DNA of 64,000 nt from an uncultured Gammaproteobacteria bacterium (GCA_963699925.1 CAVOVT010000005.1:130612-194611); one strand, 5' to 3'. Shown: positions 44,264-55,987, counted from the first letter of the stretch. Numbers and translations are program-made. Notes: generated by a model not told the origin, from the letters alone.

Positions 44264-44961
44264 CTAGGTCGACAACAGCAAGGCGAACAGGCCGAGCCAG
44301 ACGAGCAGCAGGCAGTGCCAGTACGATCGTGCAGAGCTGCACGCTCAGGCGCAGTTGCTGCGCGTGACGACTGCGAGCTGTCGGCGCCGCGCCAGACGCG
44401 CAGCGATCGTGCGCCCGAGCACGAACAGGCCGCCGATCAGGTGCAGGCCGTGCACGGCCGTCAGCAGGATAGAAGAACGCGATCGCCGGGTTGCCCGGGC
44501 TGAAGTAGCCCGACGCGGCCGACCTGCCTGCCAGGCGAGCAGCTGGCCCGGCGAGGAACAGCACAGCGTCGAGCGCGCCCGCCGACGATCAAGTACGACG
44601 CGTCACGCTGCCGACGTCGTCCGCGGTCGACGCGCGTTGCGCGCGATCTGCATCGCGACGCTCGCCGAGCACGCAGCACGAGCGTGTTGAGCCAGAGGAT
44701 GCTCGGCTCGTCGAGCGGCGCCAGTCGCGAGTCGCGTGCGCGTCGTGCATGCGCATCGATGTAGGCCGACGATGAACAGCCGAACAGAGCGCGATGACGA
44801 CCGCCAGGAACACCCAGAGGCCGATCTTGCCGGCGCCGACGTGAGCGCGCCGTCGTCCTGGCTCGTCTGCATGACGCGCTGCTTCTCCCACGGCTTGGCC
44901 GTCAGCCGCTGCACGAGCAGCCACCAGACGGCGACTGCCGTCGAGCGAGCGCGATGATCAT
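44264..44961 (-). pseudogene. coxO: First subunit-III-like protein of the alternative oxidase (CoxO-type), with ~6 frame breaks.
   Basis: The sequence is ..LTAKPWEKQ.., ..GKIGLWVFLAVVIAL.., ..ILWLNTLVL..SVAMQIA.., ..NPAIAFFYLLTAVHGLHLIGGLFVL.., ..YWH.LLLVWLGLFALL... Confidence 0.7.
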
Positions 44962-44972
44962 CGCCGGGATGC

Positions 44973-46761
44973 TCAATGCGTGGACTCCGTGGTCGCGCTC
45001 GCCGGCGAGCGTTCGATGGCCCTTCGGCGGCTCGTTCTGCGGGATGAAGTCCTTCGCCTCGCCCGGCACGCTGTAGTCGTACGCCCAGCGATAGACGACC
45101 GGCAGCTTCGGGCCCCAGTTGCCGTGCATGCGGCGGCGTGTCGCGGCGTCTGCCACTCGAGCGTCGTCGCGTTCCAGGGATTCGGACCGCGCCTTCTTGC
45201 CCTTGCGCAGGCTCGTAGAACATGTTGATACAGGAAGATCACCTGCGCCGTCGCGACGACGATCGCGGCGATCGTGATCGCCTCGTTCACCGCGTGCGCC
45301 GACTGCGGGATGAACTCCGTGTTGCCGTAGCGCGTAGTAGCGCCGCGGCACGCCGAGGATGCCGAGGTAGTGCATCGGCAGGTAGATCGCGTAGGTGCCG
45401 AGGAACGTCATCCAGAAGTGGATGCTTGCCGAGCGTCTCGTTCGACATCCGGCCCGGTGATCTTCGGGTACCAGTGATAGATCGCGCCGAACACGCACCA
45501 GGATCGGCGACACGCCCATCACCATGTGGAAGTGGCCGACCACGAAGTACGTGTCGGAGAGCGGCAGGTCGACGGTCACGTTGCCGAGGAACAGGCCGGT
45601 CAGCCCGCCGTGGACGAACGTGAAGATGAAGCCGATCGCGAACAGCATCGGCACGGTCAGGTGGATGTCGCCGCGCCAGAGCGTCAGCACCCAGTTGTAG
45701 ACCTTGATCGCCGTCGGCACCGCGATGATCAGCGTCGTCGTCGCGAAGAAGAACCCGAAGTACGGGTTCATGCCGCTGACGTACATGTGGTGCGCCCACA
45801 CGACGAAGCGACAGCGCCGCCGATCGCGACGATCGCCCAGACCATCATCCGGTAGCCGAAGATGTTCTTGCGCGCGTGCGTCGCAGAGCAGGTCCGAGAC
45901 GATGCCGAACGCCGGCAGCGCGACGATGTAGACCTCCGGGTGGCCGAAGAACCAGAACAGGTGCTGGAACAGGATCGGGCTGCCGCCGTTGTGGTCCGAG
46001 CTGCTCGCCCATGCGACATCAGCGGCCGGCATGAAGAAGCTCGTGCCGAGCAGCCGGTCGAGCAGTCATCATGATCGCGGCGACGAGCAGCGCCGGGAAC
46101 GCGAGCAGGCCGAGGATCGTCGCGACGAAGATGCCCCAGACCGACAGCGGCATGCGCATCAGCGTCATGCCGCGGCAGCGCGCCTGCAGCACCGTCGTCA
46201 CGTAGTTCAGGCCGCCCATCGTGAACGCGACGATGAAGATGCGCGAGCGACGACGAGCATCAGGATGATGCCCCAGCTCGCGCCCGGCGTGCCCGGGCAG
46301 GATCGCCTGCGGCGGATAGAGCGTCCAGCCGGCGCCCGTCGGGCCGCCCGGCACGAAGAAGCTCGACAGCAGCACGAGCACGGCGAGCAGGTAGACCCAG
46401 AAGCTCAGCATGTTCATGTAAGGGAACACCATGTCCCGCGCGCCGCACATGAGCGGGATCAGGTAGTTGCCGAAGCCGCCGAGGAACAGCGCCGTGAGCA
46501 GGTAGATCACCATGATCATGCCGTGCATGGTGATGAACTGGTAGTAGTTGCTCGGCGTGATGAAGCGGAACGTGTCCGGGAAGCCGAGCTGCAGCCGCAT
46601 CAGGCCCGACAGCACGAGCGCGACGAGCCCGACGAAGATCGCGACGATGCGCGTACTGGATCGCGATGACCTTGTGGTCCTGGCTCCAGATGTACTTCTC
46701 GATGAACGTCTGCGGGTCGTGCAGATGGTGCATCGCGATCCGCAATTGCAACGTATGCCAT
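44973..46761 (-). pseudogene. coxN: Subunit I of the alternative heme-copper oxidase (CoxN-type), with >=8 frame breaks.
   Basis: The sequence is ..KYIWSQDHKVIAIQY.., ..FITMHGMIMVIYLLT..GNYLIPLMCGARDMVFPYMN.., ..ILFQHLFWFFGHPEVYIVALPAFG.., ..VVWAHHMYVSGM.., ..YFVVGHFHMVM.., ..NPWNATTLEW... GAGGGGAAG lies upstream of ATG 46761. Confidence 0.85.
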
Positions 46762-46847
46762 GTCCGAGCTTCCCCTCGACTGCCTCCGCGGCGCTATCGC
46801 GCCGCCCGACTGACTTGGTCGTAGACCGTTTCCCCGCCGACCTTACG

Positions 46848-48236
46848 TCAGTGGAGCGTATTGATGTAGGCCACCACGTCGTTGACGCGCGTTCGGCCCC
46901 ACGAGCGAGTTCGCCATCATGTCCATCTGCTCGCCGTAGATAGTCCTCGCGGTGGCCGCCGCGGACGCCGTGCCTTGAAGTTCTCGAGCTGCCGCACGAG
47001 GTACCAGTCGCTCATGCCCGCGAGCCGCGGCGCGTTGTGCGCCCAGATGCCCTTCGCCGTTGTCGCCGTGGCAGGCGGCGCAGGTCTCGAAGAGTCGCCG
47101 GCCGCGCTCGACATCGCCCGTCGACCGTCGCCGGCGCGGCGTTGTCCGGCAGCGTCTTGATGTAGCGCGAGCACGTTCTCGCGCGTGGCCGGGTCCACGC
47201 ACGAGCTGCGACATCGGCGCCATCTGCGCGCCGAAGGTGTCGCCCTCTCGCGCCGCGGACGCCGTGCTGGAAGTTGATGCAGCTGCCGGCGCGAGGTACC
47301 AGTCGTCTGGCCCGGCGAGCTTCGGCGCATTGAGCTGCGGGTTGCCCTCGCCGCGCGGCCCGTGGCAGGCCGATGCAGGCGCGTAGCTCGCCGGCGCCGG
47401 CGCGTCGCGTTGCCGACCGGGCAGCGCCTGCGTCTGCGCGAACGTCGGCTGGCGTCGCGAGCCAGTTGTCGTAGTCCGCCGGCTCGTCGACGACGACCCG
47501 GCCGCGCATCGCGAAGTGGCCGACGCCGCAGAGCTCCTCGCAGAGGATCTCGTACGTGCCCGGCACTTCGTCGGCGTGAACCACTGATACGTGACCATGC
47601 CCGGGACGAGGTCCATCTTCACGCGGAATTGCGGTGACGGTGAAGTCGTGCAGCACGTCGGTCGAGCGCAGCAGCACCTTCACCGGCTGGTCCACGGGCA
47701 GATGCAGCGTCGGGCTCGGCGACCAGGACGTCGTCCTTGCCCGTCGGATCGTCGGGGTCGATGCCGAGCGGATTGTCGACGGTCATGAAGCGCACGTCGC
47801 TGTGCGCCGAACTTGCCGTCCTTGCCCGGCAGGCGGAAGCTCCAGTGCCACTGCTTGCCGACGGCCTCGAACGTCGCTTGGCGTCCTTCGGGCACGTTGA
47901 CGAACTTGCGCCCAGACGAACAGACCCGGGCGTCAGCATCGCGGCGACGCCGACCGAGGTGAACGCCGTCAGCGACGATCTCGAGCTTCTTGCTCTCGGG
48001 CTCGTAGTGGGCTTGGCCGTGCTTGTCCTTGCGGTGCGCGGAAGCGCCAGACGCAGTAGGCCATGAACAGGTTGACGGCGACGAACACGATGCCGGAAAC
48101 CCAGAACGTGACGTCGACGGTGAAGTCGATCGTGCTCCAGTTCGACGCGATCGGCGTGAAGTCACCACGGGCTCGCGAAGTGAAAGATCAGCGAGCCAAT
48201 GACAAGCAAGACTATGACGACAGCTAAGGCCACCAT
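46848..48236 (-). pseudogene. coxM: Subunit II of the alternative oxidase (CoxM-type) fused to two C-terminal cytochrome c domains, with ~15-20 frame breaks.
   Basis: The sequence is ..KQWHWSFRLPGKDGKFG.., ..VKVLLRSTDVLHDFTV.. with CuA site ..YEILCEELCGVGHFAM... Two heme c motifs follow: ..ACHGPRGEGNPQLNAPKLAG..WYL.. and ..CAACHGDNG..NAPRLAGMSDWYLVRQLENFK... Confidence 0.8.
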
Positions 48237-48360
48237 GACCGCATCTACCCCCGAAGATTTGGCAAGAGACCGTTGGCGCTAGACGTCCCTGTCAACGAAC
48301 ACGCACGCGGCGCGACTCCTTACGATCTCTTTGTCGGATCTCGTTCGACCTGGTTCGATC

Positions 48361-48807
48361 TTATTCGATGATGAACTTCCCGTTCATCAATACAAAGTGT
48401 CCAGGGAACGAACAGAAGAATGTGTAGTCGCCGCCCGGCATGAGCTTCGACATCTCGACCTTCACCGAGGTCTGTTGGCCGCCACCGATGGTATTCGTCG
48501 ATGGCGAGGACTCGCGCATCGCCCGGCGGCAGATAGTTCGGCGGTCCAGCGCCTTGGCCGGCCTGTGCGAGCGCTTGGTAGTCCGCCGTCTTGGCCAGCA
48601 CCCAGTTATGGCCCATCACGTTCGCGGCCAGCATGCCGACGTGCTTGAGCGTCAACGTGAATTCCTTGCAGCTCTTGCGACCTTGATTTCCTTCTTGTTG
48701 TATTGGATCTGATCGTTCGCTTCGATGGTTTGCGAACACTCCTGACTCCACGCATGGCCGGTGAGCAGCAGGCCGACCAGTGCAACGACAAAGAAACTTC
48801 GTCCCAT
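48361..48807 (-). pseudogene. azu: Azurin (blue copper protein) with ~3 frame breaks, directly upstream of coxM on the same strand.
   Basis: The sequence is [37 protein letters not shown].., ..[33 protein letters not shown].., ..[31 protein letters not shown] lies upstream of the ATG. Confidence 0.85.
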
Positions 48808-49297
48808 TTTCCTTTTGACTCCTGACCAAGGCGTGCTAAGAAGCGACGGATGGTATCAGAAGGTCGCGGTGGGCGGCATGGCTGCCCGCCGCCCGCGACG
48901 AATCGCGGCGCGAAGTCCGTCGTGACTTCGACCAGGAGCGGTCGCGAGATTTTCGTGGCAGGTTCGAGGCGAAACGCGCGTGGGGCAATTCAAGCGCGGA
49001 CAGCCGCTGCCGGGTGCACGGCGACCGGGCCTGGCAGAGACCCTGGGAAGGCGGGAGCGGCGGCGTTGGCGGGCTTCCGCGCCCACCCGGGCTCGGCCGC
49101 GACTTGACGAGTATAATCCCACAAGTCTGATCATGAGGGGCTATTTGGCGTCTATAGACTCCACTTATTTCGCCCTGAAAACCGTTGTCGGATACTGCTT
49201 GACTGTTTTCACACGAATGGCTGCATACTCTCTCCGGGCGCAGAATATCTACGGCAGTGGCATGTGAAAGCTGAGGATCGGCCCATACGTCGGAAAT

Positions 49298-49767
49298 GTG
49301 GGCGGTAAAGACTTGATCGGGCTCATTCAACGGGTCAGCCAAGCTAACGTCGCGGTCGCGGGAGAGGTGATCGCGGAGATCGGCGCGGGATTGCTCGTGC
49401 TCGTCGGCGTCGCCCGCGGCGACTCCGAGCGCGAGGCCGAAAAGCTCGCCGAGCGCATGCTGCGCTATCGCGTCTTCGCGGACGCCGACGGCCGAATGAA
49501 CCTGTCGGTTCGCGATGTCTGGCGGCGCGGTGCTGCTCGTGCCGCAGTTCACGCTCGCGGCCGACACGAGCGGCGGATTGCGGCCGAGCTTTTCCACGGC
49601 CGCGCCGCCGGAGATCGGCGCGGCACTGTTCGCGCATTTGGTCGCTCAGATCCGCGCAAGCGGCGTGCCGATACGCGTGCGGACGATTCGGCGCCGACAT
49701 GCAGGTTTCGTTGACGAATGACGGTCCCGTCACATTCTGGCTCGAAGTGCAGCCGCGCGAGGCTTAG
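49298..49767 (+). CDS. dtd: D-aminoacyl-tRNA deacylase, ~2 frame breaks. The start is GTG 49298 or TTG 49313.
   Basis: The sequence is ..[33 protein letters not shown].., ..[19 protein letters not shown].., ..[19 protein letters not shown]. Confidence 0.85.
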
Positions 49768-49832
49768 GCCCGGGGCGAATGGCGTATCATGGGCAGCTTC
49801 GAAAACGACGGCCGTTCTGATGGAGCGCGGGC

Positions 49833-50058
49833 ATGGGCCTCGGCGGAGTCAGCCTCTGGAAACTGATCATCGTGCTTGCTGATCCTCGTGCTGATCTTCG
49901 GCACGAAGCGGCTCAAGGCGCTCGCCGCGGGTCTCGGCGGAGCAGCGAAGAGCTTCCGCGAAGCGGCCACTGACGTACCCGCTCCACGCCAGGCGAAGCT
50001 CGACAACGCCGAGCCCGACGCCGAATTTCCCGAGCGACGACGAGGCGGCCGCGCGTAA
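49833..50058 (+). CDS. tatA: Twin-arginine translocase subunit TatA, one frame break near 49875.
   Basis: The sequence is MGLGGVSLWKLIIVL / LILVLIFGTKRLKALAAGLGGAAKSFREA... Confidence 0.85.
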
Positions 50059-50073
50059 GGCGCGCAGCGGCGC

Positions 50074-50543
50074 ATGTTCGAATTCGGCTTCGGTGAGCTC
50101 GTGCTCGTCTTCATGATCGGGCTGCTCGTGCTCGGCCCGCAGCGCTTGCCGAAGGTGGCCGCGGAGATCGGCAAGTGGGTCGGACGCGCGCGGCGCACGG
50201 CGACGCAGCTGCGCCGCCAGCTCGAGCGCGAGATCGAGCTCGCGGATCTCGAGGCTCAGCAGAAGGCGCCGCCGCCCCTGAACCTGCCGCTGAGTCCCCC
50301 GCGGACCCGAACCCGGCCACGCCCTCGCCGGCCGACTCTCACGCGGGCCCGCCGGCGGGCCCGGACCCGAGCTCGGCCGTTGCTCCCACCGCTTTGCCGC
50401 CCGCGACGCCGCGCGAGATTTCCGACGCGATATCCGCGCACTCGACACAGCCCGAGCCGGCGCCGAGCCCTTCGCTACCGCCGGCCGGCGGTAGCCCGGC
50501 GCCGCAGCCTCAAGAGTCGTCCGACAAGCCGCCGGCGTCGTAA
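50074..50543 (+). CDS. tatB: Twin-arginine translocase subunit TatB, one frame break near 50275. It has a Pro-rich tail.
   Basis: The sequence is MFEFGFGELVLVFMIGLLVLGPQRLPKVAAEIGKWVGRARR... Confidence 0.85.
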
Positions 50544-51325
50544 TGAGCTCGTCGTCGGACAACCACGAGCCCGAGGAAGAACAGCTCGCGGAAGGCACCC
50601 TCATGTCGCACCTCCTCGAGCTGCGCTCGCGGCTCATGAAGGCGGTGTTCGCGATCGTCATCGTGCTGATCGGGCTCACGCCGTTCAGCCAGCGCGTGTT
50701 CGAGTACGTCTCCGAGCCGCATGCGCCGCGTCGTGCCCGGCGGCAAGCTGATCGTCACGAAGGTCGCGTCGCCGTTCCTCACGCCGTTCAAGACGACGTT
50801 CTTCGTCGCACTGTTCATCGCGATGCCGTACGTGCTGTTCCAGGTATGGCAGTTCGTCGCGCCGGGCCTCTACCGGCGCGAGAAGCGCTTCGCGATGCCG
50901 CTGCTGATCTCGAGCATCGTGCTGTTCTATGTCGGCATCGCGTTCGCGTACTTCGTCGTGTTCCAGGTGATGTTCACTTTTTTCGCGCAGGGTCACGCCG
51001 ACCGGCGTCGCGATGACGCCCGACATCGACGCGTATCTGGACTTCGTGCTCGAGATGTTCCTCGCGTTCGGGCTCGTGTTCGAGGTGCCGATCGCGACGT
51101 TGATGCTCGTCTGGAGCGGGCTCGTGTCGCTGCAGGCGCTCACGAAGGCGCGGCCGTACATGCTGCTCGTGGCGTTCGTCGTGGCGGCTGCTGCTCGCGC
51201 CGGACGTTTTTTCGCAGACGCTGCTTGCGGTGCCGATGTACCTGCTGTACGAAAGCGGCCTGTTGCTCGCGCGATTCATGCTGCCCGAGAAGACCCGTGT
51301 CGTCGAAAAACAAGCCGAAACCTGA
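50543..51325 (+). CDS. tatC: Twin-arginine translocase subunit TatC, ~3 frame breaks.
   Basis: The sequence is ..MSHLLELRSRL.., ..ASPFLTPFKTTFFVALFIAMPYVLFQVWQFVAPGLYRREKR.., ..VFEVPIATLMLVWSGLVS... The start overlaps the tatB stop (TAATG). Confidence 0.9.
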
Positions 51326-51369
51326 CGCGCGCTCGTCGCGCCGGCCGTTAGCCGCGCGGGCCGCTATCG

Positions 51370-52858
51370 ATGAGCCAATCGCGCCGCCCCCGCCGTCGAT
51401 CAGCCCCAGCTCTTCGGCCACCCGCGCGGCCTCGCGACGCTGTTCCTCACCGAGGTCGGGAGCGCTTCACCTACTACGGCATGCGCGCGATCCTGATCCT
51501 GTTCATGGTCGAGGCGATCGCGAAGGGCGGCCTCGGCCTCGACGACCGCACGGCGCAACGCGATCTACGGCCTCTACAGCGTCCACGTATCTGCTCTCGC
51601 TGTTCGGCGGCTGGATCGCGGATCGGCTGATCGGGCAGCAGCGCGCCGTTTTGTGCGGCGGCATGCTGATCATGGTCGGCAACGCGATGCTGGCCGCTGG
51701 GGCAGCCCACGCGTGTTCTTCCTCGGGCTCACGGTGATCGTGCTCGGCGTCGGACTGCTGAAGCCGAACATCAGCGCGATCGTCGCGCAGCTCTACCCGG
51801 AAGGCGGCGCGCGCCGCGACGCGGGCTTCTCGATCTTCTACATGGGCATCAACCTCGGCGCGTTGGTCGGCTCCGTGCTCGTGCCGATCGTCGCGGCCGC
51901 TTACGGCTGGTCCGCCGGGTTCGCGCTGCCGGCGGTCGGGATGGCGTTCGGGCTCGTCCAGTTCCGTATGACGAGGCACTACCTCGGCGCCAGCCGGCGC
52001 TGACGCCGCCGGGCCGGCGCGCCAGCTGGTGGCCGGTGGCGGTATTTCTCGCGATCGTCGCGCTGCTCGCGGCGCTCGTGCTCGCGGGCCGGCTCGCGCT
52101 CGACCCGGTCGGCGATCTCGCAGCGGCGCGAACTGGGCATGATCGCGCTGCGTCGCCGGCTACTTCGCCTACTTGCTGTTGTTCGCCGGCCTCGATCGCG
52201 CGGAGCGCAGCCGCGCATGGGCGATGCTCGCGCTGTCCGTCGCCTGCGCGATGTTCTGGGCCGGTTACGAGCAGGCCGGCGCGTCGTTCAATCTGTTCGC
52301 CGAGCGCTACACGGAGCTGCGAGGTCCTCGGCTGGATCGATGCCGGCCGGCGTGCTGCAGGCGGTGAATCCGCTCTTCATCATCATGTTCGCGCCGGTGT
52401 TCGCGGCGCTCTGGGTGAACCTCGGCCGGCGCAATGCTCGAGCCGTCCGCGCCGGCGAAGTTCGGCGTCGGCCTGATCTTCATGGGCGCGGGCTTCCTCG
52501 TCATGTTCGCGGCGGCCGCGGTACGTGATTGCAGCGGCGAGAAAGTGCTCGCCGACCTGGCTCGTGCTGACCTATCTGCTGCACACCTTCGGCGAGCTGT
52601 GCCTGAGCCCGGTCGGCTTGAGCTCGATGACCAAGCTCGCGCCGCCACGCTTCGTCGGCCAGATCCTCGGCGTGTGGTTCCTGGCGACCGCGATCGGCGT
52701 GAATCTCGCGGGCCAGTTCTCGGGCAACATCGACCCGGAGAACGTCGCGACGATGCCGGGTCAGTTCATCTACCTGTTCTGGTGGGGCGTGATCGGCGGC
52801 GTCGTGATGCTGGTCGCTGACGCCGCTGATCAAGCGTCTGATGGCGGGCGTGCGATGA
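51370..52858 (+). pseudogene. POT/PTR2-family proton-dependent di/tripeptide transporter, with ~10 frame breaks.
   Basis: The sequence is ..[28 protein letters not shown].., ..[15 protein letters not shown].., ..LGVGLLKPNISAIVAQLY.., ..MFWAGYEQAGASFNLF.., ..TYLLHTFGELCLSPVGLS... Confidence 0.85.
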
Positions 52859-54841
52859 ACGCGGCCGTGACCGCGGCCACCGCTCCGCAGCTCACGCTCC
52901 GCGCCATCGTGCTCGTCGATCGTGCTGGCGGTGATGCTCGCGGCGGCGAACACCTACCTCGGCCTGTTCGCGGGCCTCACGATCGCGTCGGCGATTCCGG
53001 CGGCGGTCGTCTCGATGGCGGTGCTGCAGGCTGCTCGGCGGCGGACACATCCTCGAGAACAACATCGTGCAGACCGGCGCCTCGGCCGGCGGCGTCGATC
53101 GCGGCCGGCGTGATCTTCACGATCCCCGCGCTCGTGATCCTCGGCTACTGGAGCGACTTCCAGTACTCGTGGGTGCTCGCGATCGCGGGCCTCGGCGGAA
53201 TGCTCGGCGTGCTGTTCTCGGTGCCGCTGCGCCGCGCGCTGATCGTCGAGCAGAACCTCGCGTTCCCCGAAGGCAAGGCGCGGCCGAGGTGCTCAAGGCC
53301 GGCGACGAATCCGGCGCACGGCGTGAAGCTGCTGGCGGGGTCGGCGGCGCTCGGCGGCATCGTCAAGCTGCTCGCGGCGAGCGGCTGCGCGCTGATCCCG
53401 GACACGGCCGCCGCGGCCGCGTATGTCGGCAAGGCGCATCGCCTACATCGGGCACCAATCTGTCGCCCGCGCTGCTCGGCGTCGGCTACATCGTCGGCCT
53501 CAACATCGGCATCGTCGTCGTGGTCGGCGGCCTCATCTCCTGGAACATCGCGATTCCGATCTACTCCACGTTCTTCCTCGACGGCAACGCGGAGCTCGCC
53601 GCGCGCGTCGCGGGCGCGAGCGCCGGGGACGCCGCCGGCGCGATCTGGTCGGCGCAGATTCGCTATCTCGGCGTCGGCGCGATGCTGATCGGCGGCGTGT
53701 GGACGCTGGTCTCGCTGCGCAAGTCGCTCTTGTCCGGCATCCGCAGCGGCCTGGCCGCGACGCGCGCCGGGCGCAGCGCGAGGCCGTCGCGCACACCGAG
53801 CAGGATCTGCCGATGAAGCGCGGTGCTGATCGCGCATCGTGCTCTTCGCGCTGCCGCTGCTCGTTCCTGTATCAGGCGATCGTCGGACAGCTTCGCGGTC
53901 AGCGTGCCGATGACGATCATCATGATCGTCGCGGGCTTTCTGTTCTGCTCGGTGTCGGCGCTACATGGCGGGCCTCGTCGGCTCGTCGAACAATCCGGTG
54001 TCGGGCATCACGATCGCGACGATCCTGTTCGCGTCGCTCGTGCTCGATCTTGCTGCTCGGCCGCGACTCGCCGCTCGGCCCGATCGCCGCGATCATGATC
54101 GGCGCCGTCGTCTGCTGCGCGGCCGCGGTCGCGGGCGACAACCTGCAGGATCTCAAGGCCGGCTAGCTCGTCGGCGCGACGCCGTGGCGGCAGCAGGTGA
54201 TGCTCGCGATCGGCGCCGTGTCGTGCGCGCTCGATCATGGCGCCGGTGCTGAACCTGCTCGAGACGGCGTACGGCATCGGCGTGCCGACGGCCGGCGCAC
54301 CCGCAGCCGCTGCTCGCGCCGCAGGCGACGCTGATGGCGTCGGTCGTCGAAGGGCATGTTCGGCGGCGAGCTGCCGTGGGGGATGATCTGGACCGGCGCG
54401 CGCGATCGGCGCCGCCATCATCGCGCTCGACGAGATTCTGAAGGCGCCGCGGCGCGCGCTTCCGCGTGCCGGTGCTCGCGGCGGCGGTCGGCATCTATCT
54501 GCCGCTCGAGCTGACCGCTGCCGATCTTCCTCGGCGGGCTGCTGGCCTATCTCGTCGAGCGCAAGCGCGCGCGTCGAGCCGACGACGCGGACGCGCAAGA
54601 GCGCCTGCACCGCCGCGGCGTGCTGTTCGCGGCGGGCCTGATCACCGGCGAGGCGCTGATGGGCATCCTGATCGCGATCCCGATCGTCGCGTCGGGCAAG
54701 CGCGGACGTGCTCGCGCTGCCGGAGCGCTTGCAGCCTGGCGCTGCGGGCCAATGGCTCGGCCTCGCGTTGCTCGCCGGTGATCGCCGTGGCTGCTCTATC
54801 GCGCCGCGCGCTCGAGCCGGCCGCAGCAAGACGAGCGATGA
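52855..54841 (+). pseudogene. OPT-family oligopeptide transporter, with >=10 frame breaks.
   Basis: The sequence is ..ANTYLGLFAGLTIASAIPAAVVSMAVL.., ..NNIVQTGASAG.., ..LAFPEGKA.AEVLKAG.., ..LLGVGYIVGLNIG.., ..VAGDNLQDLKAG.LVGATPWRQQ... The start overlaps the POT stop (ATGA). Confidence 0.8.
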
Positions 54842-55987
54842 AGCGCCTCGAGAGCAAGCTGCCGGCGGTCGGCACGACGATCTTCACCGTGATGACCGCA
54901 GCTCGCGAACGAGCACGACGCGGTGAACCTGTCGCAGGGCTTCCCGAACTTCGAGCCGCCGCCAGGGCTCATCGAGCGCGTCGAGCACTACCTCGGTACG
55001 CGCTGTCACCAGTACGCGCCGATGCCGGGCTCGGCGCCGCTGCGCGCCGCGATCGCCGCGAAGCTCGACGATCTTTACGGCGTGACGGCGAATCCGGACA
55101 CGGAGATCACGATCACGAGCGGCGCGACCGAGGCGATCTTCTGCGCGATCCAGGCCGTGGTGCGGCGTGACGAAGAGGTGATCGTGCTCGATCCGTGCTA
55201 CGACTCTTACGAGCCGTCGGTCACGCTCGCGGGCGGCCGCACCGTGCACGTCGCGCTGCCGCCGCCGACCTTTGCGCTCGACTGGGAGCGTCTCGAGGGC
55301 GCGTTGTCCCCGCGCACTCGGCTCGTGATCGTGAACACGCCGCACAATCCGGCCGGCACGGTGATCTCCGCCTCCGATCTCGATCGGCTCGCGGAGCTCA
55401 CGCGGCCGTACGACTGCTATCTATTGAGCGACGAGGTCTACGAGCACGTCGTGTTCGACGGCGCCCGGCACGCGACCGCGCTCGCGCAGCGCGAGCTGCG
55501 TCCGAAATGCTTCGCCGTGTTCTCGTTCGGCAAGACCTACCACGCGACGGGATGGAAGCTCGGCTATTGCGTCGCGCCGCCGGAGCTCACGGCCGAGCTG
55601 CGGCGCGTGCATCAGTACGTTCAGTTCGCGTCGACGTCGCCGCTGCAGCTCGCGCTCGCGGACTACATGCGCGAGCACCCGGAGCACCATCTCGGCCTGC
55701 CTGCGTTCTACGAAGAGCGCCGCGACTACTTCAACCGGCTGCTCGCCGACACCAGGCTCACGTTTCGGCCTGCGGCCGGCACGTACTTCCAGCTCGCGGA
55801 CTACGGCGCCATCTCGGCTTTGCCCGACGTCGAGTTCGCGCGCTGGCTCACGGTCGAGCACGGCGTCGCGACGATTCCGATCTCGGTGTTCTATCGCGAG
55901 CCGCCGGCCGCGAAGCTCGTGCGCTTTTGCTTCGCCAAGGAGGACGCGACGCTCGACGAAGCGGCCCGCCGGCTGCGCGCGCTCTGA
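54838..55987 (+). CDS. PLP-dependent aminotransferase (YbdL/methionine aminotransferase-like), one frame break near 54900.
   Basis: The sequence is ..VNLSQGFPNFEPP..VIVNTPHNPAG..FSFGKTYHATGWKLGY... The start overlaps the OPT stop (ATGA). Confidence 0.85.

Noticed and set aside
49104-49117. TTGACG plus TATAAT read as a canonical sigma70 promoter
   Set aside because: The two hexamers are only 2 nt apart instead of ~17, so they cannot act as one -35/-10 pair. I kept them only as part of the spacer observation.
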